DNA from: Ignicoccus pacificus DSM 13166
Lineage (GTDB): Archaea > Thermoproteota > Thermoprotei_A > Sulfolobales > Ignicoccaceae
Assembly: GCA_025340205.1 (NCBI GenBank)
Contig: CP006868.1
Location: 1,350,001-1,382,000 of the forward strand
DNA length: 32,000 bases
Direction: 5' to 3'
The first letter of the stretch is position 1, and each line of letters starts with the position of its first letter. Below the pieces are notes generated by a model that saw only the letters and a list, made by a program, of their open reading frames with translations, was not told the origin of the DNA and searched no databases. This document shows positions 23,906 to 30,516 of the stretch, in pieces. Made by a program: the position numbers and the translations under genes.

Positions 23906-24592
23906 TTGAAGCTGAAGCTGGTCTTGGTAGAGCCGGAGGGAATGATAAACTTCGGATTCATCTTAAGGCTAAGTAAAAACTTCGAGGTGGATGAACTGGC
24001 AGTAGTGAGGCCCAAGTTCCAAGTGGATCACGAAGAAGTGCTTAGATTCGCCGCTCAAGGAAAGGATTACATAGAGAAGGTGAAGGTTTACGAGAGCTAT
24101 GAGGAGGCTCTGGAGGGAACCAAGGTCTGCACCTCGGCCAAGGTCTCCGGAACCGACACCGTCAGGGACTTCGTCCTCCCGTGGGAGCTGAAGGAGTACG
24201 TGGGGGAGCCGGAGGTCTTGAGCTTGGTCTTCGGAAGGGAAAGCGTTGGCTTGACCAGGGAAGAGTTGAGTAAGTGCGACCTCCTCCTTCACATCCCGGC
24301 ATCGAAGAACTATCCCGTTCTGAACTTGTCTCACGCCGTGGCAATTACGCTTTACGAGGTGTGGAAGCAGTACCGCTTGGAGAGGGGCAACTTGCCCCAG
24401 AAGCCCTCTGAGAAGGACTTGGAGGTGTTCATGAGGGTTGCTGGGGAACTAGCGGAGAGGTTCGTGGGGGATGAGGTGAAGAGAGAGAGGATACTGATAG
24501 GGGTAAAGAGGCTCATAAGCAAGGCGAGCAAGTCTGAGCTCAGAAGCTTGCTGTACTTGCTCAGCAGGTGCTCTAGCTTTCTGAAAGGCTAG
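23906..24592 (+). CDS. SpoU/TrmH-class RNA 2'-O-methyltransferase (TrmJ-like)
   Basis: SPOUT motifs are LVLVEPEGMINFGFILR, LVFGRESVGLTREEL, LLHIP and LNLSHAVAITLYE. It has a TTG start 9 nt after the hypA stop, preceded by GAGGTGG. Confidence 0.8.
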   Translation: MKLKLVLVEPEGMINFGFILRLSKNFEVDELAVVRPKFQVDHEEVLRFAAQGKDYIEKVKVYESYEEALEGTKVCTSAKVSGTDTVRDFVLPWELKEYVGEPEVLSLVFGRESVGLTREELSKCDLLLHIPASKNYPVLNLSHAVAITLYEVWKQYRLERGNLPQKPSEKDLEVFMRVAGELAERFVGDEVKRERILIGVKRLISKASKSELRSLLYLLSRCSSFLKG

Positions 24593-24846
24593 GCTTGTTG
24601 ATAGGCCTGTTCGTACTCTTTATCGAGCATATCTAGCATCTGCTTCCAGAGCTCATAGCTCTCCTTCCAAGTTTGCTCGTCTACCTTAGCTATGGCTGCT
24701 CCGGCGTGAACCATGACGTAGTCTCCGGGCTGGGCGTCGGGGACCAAGGAGATGTCCACCTCAGCCTTGTTCCCGAAGACGTCGACGATAGCAGTACCGT
24801 TCTCCTGATCCACCTCGACCACACGGGCAGGTATGCCTAGACACAT
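24589..24846 (-). CDS. hypC: Hydrogenase assembly chaperone HypC/HupF
   Basis: The N-terminal signature is MCLGIPARVVEV. Size is 85 aa. Confidence 0.9.
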   Translation of the reverse strand: MCLGIPARVVEVDQENGTAIVDVFGNKAEVDISLVPDAQPGDYVMVHAGAAIAKVDEQTWKESYELWKQMLDMLDKEYEQAYQQA

Positions 24847-24904
24847 GACTCGATACCTTTTGGAAGGTGAGGACAGAGGGGAATAAAAATATGGTTTGAG
24901 GGGC

Positions 24905-25402
24905 TTACTGCTCGGAGCTCCTCCTCTTCCTGAAGCCTATGAGGGCTCCGGCAGCGGCCGCTAGCAGAGCTGGGGCTGGGATTCCGGCTATGTAGAACTG
25001 GATGTAAGCGTCGACCTCTCCTCCGTTAGGCAAGCTGACGGTTATGTTCTGCATGTTGGTCTCTCCGGCTCTTAGGGTCATGGTGAAGGGCACGGTGGTG
25101 TTGGCAACGGTTAGGCCGTTGTTGGCGGTAACCGCTATGTTTCCATCAATGGTGAACTCTCCCACTAACGTAGGAGTGTAGGTTATGTCGATGGTGGTGC
25201 TTAAGGGAACGTTAGGTACCGTTACCTCGCTGGCGGTGCTGGTGGTGTAGCTGAGGCCGAAGGGGCCTTGGAGGGTCAAGTAGATAGTGTAGGTGTAGGT
25301 CATCACTACTCCGGAGGCTCCGGGGTTGAAGGTCAAGGCTATGTAGTTGTTGGCGAACAGCAGAGCCGGTACCAGCGCTATCAGAGCTAATGCCTTCTTC
25401 AT
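24905..25402 (-). CDS. Secreted Thr/Asn-rich beta-rich surface protein with C-terminal TM anchor or sorting-signal-like tail
   Basis: The signal peptide is MKKALALIALVPALLFA. Several N-x-T sequons are present. The C-terminus is AGIPAPALLAAAAGALIGF followed by RKRRSSEQ. Codon usage is strongly C-ending. Confidence 0.7.
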   Translation of the reverse strand: MKKALALIALVPALLFANNYIALTFNPGASGVVMTYTYTIYLTLQGPFGLSYTTSTASEVTVPNVPLSTTIDITYTPTLVGEFTIDGNIAVTANNGLTVANTTVPFTMTLRAGETNMQNITVSLPNGGEVDAYIQFYIAGIPAPALLAAAAGALIGFRKRRSSEQ

Positions 25403-25683
25403 GATCTATCCCTCCACATGTTACTTCTGGCTTGAGGTTCTAAAAGCTGGAAGCTTGGTTTGCTGGCCTCGAACAGTGCTATCGAAAAACCGCGCTGAGA
25501 GTTTCTTGAAACTAAGTAGAGGTAAGAAGAAATCCTAACACAGTAATTTAAAGAAAGCAAGAGTTGTGAAGGGGAGGTTTAGTATTTGTGTTTATAGAAG
25601 GAACACCTCGGCAATCAACGCCCTCTTCACCGATCAAGGGGGCAACTCTCATCATCGGCGGTAGGTAGGGGGAAGGGGAGGAA

Positions 25684-26544
25684 ATGAGGTTAGAGGTGCT
25701 GAGGGAGTTCGACCCTTGGAAGGGGGACCTATGCACTTGTCCCAAGAAGTACAGCCTCCAGCCCTATACCGGATGTTCGTTCATGTGCCTTTACTGCTAC
25801 GCCACCGCTTACATAGGGAGGAGGCCCTCTGAACCCAAGAAGAGGTTCCTGGAGAGGCTCGAGAGAGACTTGAGGAAGGCGGATAGGGAGAGGGTGGTAA
25901 ACCTCTCCACCTCCTCCGACCCTTATCCCATAATAGAAAAGAAGTACTTGCTCACCAGAAACGCCATAAGGCTCCTCTCGCTCCACGATTTCAAGATACT
26001 AATTACGACAAAGGGATCGTTAGTCGCTAGGGATAAGGATCTTCTGAGCAAGTCAAGGGCGGCAGTTATGATTACAATAACCACGCTGGACGCCTCCCTT
26101 GCTAGGGAAATAGAACCTGGAGCTCCCTCTCCTTTAGAGAGGCTTAAGGCATTGAAGGAGCTGAGCGAGGCTGGGGTTCCGGTAGGAATAAGGTTGGATC
26201 CTATAATACCGGGGGTTAACGATGACTCAAAGGAGCTCGAGGAGATCGTGTTTAGAGCCGCTGAGGCTGGAGCCAAACACGTGGTCACTTCTACCTACAA
26301 GGCGAAGCCGGATAACTTGAAGAGGATGACTGAAAAGTTCCCTCATTTAAAATCCTTGTACTCCAAAGGTGTTAAAGTTGGAAGGTACAAGTACTTACCC
26401 AAGGGGGTTCGAGAGAAGATGTTGAGGCCGGTAGTAAAGGCAGCCGAGGAGGTAGGAATGACGTGGGCCTTTTGCAGGGAAGGCTTTCCCTTCAAGGCAC
26501 CTTCTTGCGATGGTTCTCACCTAATTCCGAATAGAAAGCCTTGA
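25684..26544 (+). CDS. Radical SAM protein, SplB / 'DNA repair photolyase' (COG1533)-like
   Basis: The CxxxCxxC cluster is GCSFMCLYCYA near the N-terminus. It has a TIM-barrel-like alternating pattern. GGAGG lies upstream of the ATG. Size is 286 aa. Confidence 0.75.
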   Translation: MRLEVLREFDPWKGDLCTCPKKYSLQPYTGCSFMCLYCYATAYIGRRPSEPKKRFLERLERDLRKADRERVVNLSTSSDPYPIIEKKYLLTRNAIRLLSLHDFKILITTKGSLVARDKDLLSKSRAAVMITITTLDASLAREIEPGAPSPLERLKALKELSEAGVPVGIRLDPIIPGVNDDSKELEEIVFRAAEAGAKHVVTSTYKAKPDNLKRMTEKFPHLKSLYSKGVKVGRYKYLPKGVREKMLRPVVKAAEEVGMTWAFCREGFPFKAPSCDGSHLIPNRKP

Positions 26545-26547
26545 TCA

Positions 26548-26989
26548 TTACCTCTTCCCTTCGGGGAGTTCCATGCAGTCTTTCATCGTCTCAAGGCGAA
26601 ATCTATTATCGCTTTTGATCCTCAGCTCTTTATTCGCTCTCTTGTAATTATCCTTTAGATTATCTTTGCTATTTGCTTTGATTGAGCTTAAAGTGCTTGC
26701 AGCTTCACGCCTATGGGAACGTTCAATGTACCATTTCTTACCTTTCAATTGTCACATAATGACTAACCTTAAGCTTGCCCTTTGATGCTTCTGCCTTTAC
26801 GTTCATGGGAACAGTGAAGGATATGAGTAGTTTCTCCCAGAAGTGCGAAAAAGTAAGTTTGAGATTGATTGAATTGAAGGGAGAAAGCGATGTTAAGAGA
26901 GGATGGAACTGAAGGCTTGGAAGGGCAACAGAAGTCTCAATAGGGAATGGCAATGACCTTCTCCCAGCCCTAAAGAGCGGGGGTTCCAC
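26548..26989 (-). pseudogene. Possible decayed gene: two abutting short ORFs in different frames within an AT-rich gap
   Basis: ORFs 26738..26989 and 26548..26748 overlap by 11 nt in different frames, so together they read like one frameshifted gene (...GKLKVSHYVTIER / KGKKWYIERSHRRE...). The composition is AT-rich. I cannot assign a family. Confidence 0.25.
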
Positions 26990-27204
26990 TCAGAGCGGCA
27001 AAGTTTCAATTGAGAACCAAGAAGCAATTGCCCAAACACACTTACAATAGATAATAGAATCATAAAGATCTAAAGGGTATTTCAATATATAGAATATTCC
27101 TGAAAAGGTGATATTTCCGGATTACCACTAACCTTCCAGGGAAAGGAAGCTTGCTGCTGGTCTTGGGCCACCCCTCCTCCCAAGTGCTGAGGCTGTGGGA
27201 AATA

Positions 27205-28014
27205 ATGGACGTAAAGGCTATAATGCTCAACGCTTACATGCTGGCTAAATCAAAGAGAACTTACGAGAGGATAAGGAAAGTGGGCCTAAGGGAGTACTTC
27301 GGAATCCCGGAGGACGTTCAGATCTGGTTGGACTCCGGAGGCTATCAAGCAATGAGAAGGGGAGTAGCGCTCAAGCCGGAGCAAGTGATCAAGTGGTACA
27401 CGGAGCTCAAACCCGACTTCTGCATAGCCCTCGACAATCCCGTGCCTCCGAACGATCCAAAGCCCGAAGAGAAGGTCAAGAGGAACGTCAAGTGGGCCAA
27501 GGAAATGTACGGAAAGGTTCCGTGCACCCTCCTACCGGTATACCATCCCGTGAACGACGAGCTCTTTGAAGAGTACAGGAGCGGGTACTCGGAATTGGGA
27601 AGGTACGCAGCAGTAGGCGGCCTCATACCGAGGATACTCACCGTTAGAAATGCATCGAGAAAGGAGGGCTACAAGTTCTTGGTGAAGGTTAGGAAGGAGC
27701 ACAAGGGATGGCTCCACGCCTTAGGTTTAGGATCTGCTACGACTATTCCTATTCTCAAAGAGCTCGGCTACGACTCGACGGACACTCAAACTTGGAGGCA
27801 CAAGGCAGCCTATGGCAAGATAATGCTTCCGGGGAGGGGAGAGAGGCACATAACGGACAGGGAGGTTAGATTTGGAAGGAGAAAGATAAGCGAGGAGGAA
27901 GTGATAGAAGCAATGAGAATAGCGAAGAGGCTAGGCTTCAGCTGGGAGGAGCTGAAAAAAGACTTCGTGAAAAGGGCTATATTCAACGCCTACGTGCTTT
28001 CAAGCCTCACTTGA
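27205..28014 (+). CDS. Stand-alone tRNA-guanine-transglycosylase (TGT)-fold protein, DpdA-like, no zinc site
   Basis: The TGT hallmark WLDSGGYQ lies at 27331..27348. Further colinear blocks are FCIALDNP, AAVGGLIP and LHALGLGS...GYDSTDT. Only 2 Cys are present and no CxCxxC...H zinc motif. There is no PUA or C-terminal tRNA-binding domain. ATG 27205 is preferred over TTG 27151. Confidence 0.7.
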   Translation: MDVKAIMLNAYMLAKSKRTYERIRKVGLREYFGIPEDVQIWLDSGGYQAMRRGVALKPEQVIKWYTELKPDFCIALDNPVPPNDPKPEEKVKRNVKWAKEMYGKVPCTLLPVYHPVNDELFEEYRSGYSELGRYAAVGGLIPRILTVRNASRKEGYKFLVKVRKEHKGWLHALGLGSATTIPILKELGYDSTDTQTWRHKAAYGKIMLPGRGERHITDREVRFGRRKISEEEVIEAMRIAKRLGFSWEELKKDFVKRAIFNAYVLSSLT

Positions 28015-28510
28015 CGCAGTTAACCGCTCTTCCCCATATCCAGAAGAAGTTGCTGCTGGTTCCCTCCCTCATGACTTCTATGGTAGCTGTCACGTTGGAG
28101 GGAGTCTGAGGCGGATAGCAGTAGGGCGGTAGGACCACGTGCGCTATAACCCTCTTGCCATTGACAGTCTCATTAGTCAATATTATTACAATGTGGGTCA
28201 GGTTGTTTCTTCCAAATCTGGATATTAATGCTATTCCCTTTATCTCCTCTATTCCCCTAGCCATGGTGTAGTTCGCCTGTGGTACCTCTCCGTGGCACTC
28301 CAAGCAGACGGGACCTCTCATGGAGTTTGGAGTTGGATTTGCTCTCGGTCTCTGAGGCATTGGATGAGGCATGGTCATGGTTTGATTGTACGGGGGAGTC
28401 CACGTTTGCTGGGTCGCCCACGGAGGTCCTCCTCCCCTCCACGGCGGTCCCCAAGCGACTACTATTCCCATCAACACGGGAACTAGGGCCACTAGGAGTA
28501 TCTTCCTCAT
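28007..28510 (-). CDS. Secreted or membrane-anchored Pro-rich protein with a single CxxCH motif
   Basis: The signal/anchor is MRKILLVALVPVLMGIVVA. It is followed by a P/T/Q-rich linker, then VCLECHGE (CLECH at 28292..28306). Several N-x-T sequons are present. Confidence 0.6.
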   Translation of the reverse strand: MRKILLVALVPVLMGIVVAWGPPWRGGGPPWATQQTWTPPYNQTMTMPHPMPQRPRANPTPNSMRGPVCLECHGEVPQANYTMARGIEEIKGIALISRFGRNNLTHIVIILTNETVNGKRVIAHVVLPPYCYPPQTPSNVTATIEVMREGTSSNFFWIWGRAVNCVK

Positions 28511-28842
28511 CCCTCTTTCCCGGTTGGTTAGGAGGGGGTAGCTTTGTTAAAGCGGAACTCACAAATTGGGTAGTTGTAAATGATAACCTTGTTGGTATAC
28601 AATCGATGCAACCTCGCTATATTTTCGTTGCCTCTTCTGCCGCTATTTTGAAACAGCCATAATAATTGGTATTGATTTTTGGGAAATTTTTATTCGCCGT
28701 AGCGATTTCACAACAACTTTACAATATACAATATAAAGATAGTGGAGCTAGGTGTGAGTAATTTTCATGCATTCGCTGTGTTTCTCTAAGGTTCTTTGCG
28801 TGATTCTTTGTGTTTTAAGGTTCTGGGAGTGATCGTTCAAAC

Positions 28843-29340
28843 ATTTCTATTCATTACTGTGATTCCTCGCACTTGGCTACACACTTTTTGTTTTCGCTGT
28901 CGATTATCTTCTTTCCATTCACTCTTGTGACTCTTCTCGTTGCCCTATGAAGTGTCCAATCTGTAAGGTTGAAGCTTTCCATTCACTATTGTAACTCCTC
29001 AAGGAAAATTCCAAGAGCCCGTTCCCGGAATAATGTACCAAAACTTTCCATTCACTATTGTAACTCCTCCTTATTACATAATGAGGTGAAGCGTTATGGC
29101 CCACAAGAGCTTCTTTCCATTCACTATTGTAACTCTTCCCACTTCGTCTGGATACCGAAGTACAGAGGGAACGTTCTAGTCTTTCCATTCACTATTGTAA
29201 CTCTTCCCGTTGCCTTCAACTGGATGAGAAGCTCTTGGAGTCTTTCTTTCCATTCACTATTGTAACTCTTCTGAGGATGAGAAGAACGAAATTAGTGCGA
29301 GGGCGAAGGCGATACTTTCCATTCACTATTGTAACTCTTC
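28843..29340 (-). CRISPR. CRISPR array: 7 well-conserved 26-nt repeats plus 1 decayed repeat; spacers 38-43 nt
   Basis: The plus-strand consensus is CTTTCCATTCACTATTGTAACTCTTC. Repeats start at 28911 (2 mismatches), 28975 and 29044 (1 mismatch each), and 29113, 29181, 29246 and 29315 (all exact). A fossil repeat at 28843..28868 matches 19 of 26 positions and sits at the correct 68-nt spacing. On the minus strand the repeat ends ...GTGAATGGAAAG, like the ATTGAAAG 5'-handle end of crenarchaeal repeats. Mutated repeats lie at the left end, so I infer minus-strand transcription from a leader on the right. Confidence 0.95.
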
Positions 29341-29700
29341 CGTGACCCTCCTATTTAACTAGTTCTTCCATTAGCTAATAAGCCATTCCTTTCCCATTGC
29401 CTTGATTTGGTTACTTTATTAACTCTGAATACTTAAGCTTTCATGAGAACAGTTTTGCTCTACTTCCATCAATTAGAATTACCTAACTGAAACTAATAGT
29501 CAAACAAAAGAGTTCGTTATCATCGGTGTTCCCATGTATGTGACAATGGAAAGAATTGCTTAGCCTTTAAAATGAATTGAACTTTGAAGGTTCAAGAACG
29601 AATAGTGCTCAAGGTGAAGGGAAGAAAGAAGACCATAAACGTTCTGATATGTTCCCATGGAAAATAGGAAATGAAAAAGTAGGAAAGAGGTGATGGGGAT
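29341..29700 (-). promoter_or_regulatory. Probable CRISPR leader (AT-rich, non-coding)
   Basis: About 360 nt of AT-rich sequence with no ORF abuts the end of the array that carries perfect repeats. It contains TATA-like boxes, for example TTTAAAA at about 29566..29572. The extent is approximate. Confidence 0.4.
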
Positions 29701-29927
29701 CTATGGAAGCGGTTGTCTCAAGGTCTCCCTCTTTCCCTCCTTAGCTCTAAGGACTCTCCCGATCCTCCTGCATTCCAGCCAGTCCTCAACGAAGAAGAAG
29801 CACTCATCCTCCGTCACCTTCGATCCCCACTAATACGAGTGAAGAGGCAAAAGGGAGCGGCAGAGGGGAGCGCACCTTTTACCCTACTCTTAAACTTCCC
29901 CTCTCACCGAGGCCCGGTGAAAGCGGC

Positions 29928-30467
29928 ATGAAGCTAGTGTCAATCGTAGGCGACAGCCCCACCGGACCCCTCGAGGTCCTCGAGTACCTCTACAGGAAGG
30001 GAGAGGAGCCCACCAGACTAGTGATAGTATTCCCCAAGGACAAGGCAAAGATCGCCGAGATAGTCGAGCTAGCCATCTTAGTAGGAATCAAGGACGTGAT
30101 CCCGACCACTCTCCTCATCGATAGGGTAATACTGGAGAAGAGCGACGCCGATAACAAGGTGGAGCTTCAAGACATGAAGGATACCATAGATGCCAACGTG
30201 GACCCGGGCGACTTCGTGGACATAAGCGGAGCCCCCAAGCTACCCGCAGCCCTAGGAGCCGTCGTGGCCAGAGACAAGGAGGCTCACCTGGTCTATGTAC
30301 CTCAGGCCGAGGAAAAGGAGGAGGTAATGAAGGCATACGAGGAGCTGGGCAAGATGGATCTAAAGAAGGCCATTGCTGAGTTCAGGGCCTCCGGAAAGAT
30401 AGACGAGGAGCTAAGGAAGTTGCTGGAGAAAGTAGTACTCAAGAAGCCCAAGGTAATAATCCTTTAA
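29928..30467 (+). CDS. Minimal stand-alone CARF-domain protein (179 aa), Crn1-like ring-nuclease candidate
   Basis: The N-terminus is MKLVSIVGDSPTGPLEVLEYLYRKGE (beta1-GxSP loop-helix). The second ligand-binding loop is VDISGAPKLPAALGA, equivalent to DITGGRK/DxTHG. A short helical tail of about 50 aa follows, with no HEPN, nuclease or clear HTH effector domain. Confidence 0.65.
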   Translation: MKLVSIVGDSPTGPLEVLEYLYRKGEEPTRLVIVFPKDKAKIAEIVELAILVGIKDVIPTTLLIDRVILEKSDADNKVELQDMKDTIDANVDPGDFVDISGAPKLPAALGAVVARDKEAHLVYVPQAEEKEEVMKAYEELGKMDLKKAIAEFRASGKIDEELRKLLEKVVLKKPKVIIL

Positions 30468-30516
30468 GCTAGGAAAAGAGTTTTTCTTCCTACGTTCCTT
30501 CAGACCGGGAAGCTGG

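Noticed and set aside
23969-24334. 121-aa ORF antisense to the SpoU methyltransferase gene
   Set aside because: It is a shadow ORF. The opposite frame carries all the SPOUT motifs.
28919-29265. ORFs 28919..29188 (-) and 28969..29265 (+) from the track
   Set aside because: They are translations of the CRISPR repeats. Their periodic peptide repeats (SYNSEWK / LSIHYCNSS) are artefacts of the array.
29389-29553. Repeat-like fragments in the putative leader: ctttcccatt at 29389 and aatggaaag in inverse orientation at 29545..29553
   Set aside because: The matches are only 9-10 nt. That is within chance expectation for 64 kb of two-strand sequence and is not enough to call extra repeats.
29713-29931. 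72-aa ORF upstream of the CARF gene, and a 38-codon GTG ORF on the opposite strand
   Set aside because: The translation is S/P/L-rich with a TTG start and no signals. The region is more simply the promoter and 5' region of the CARF gene.
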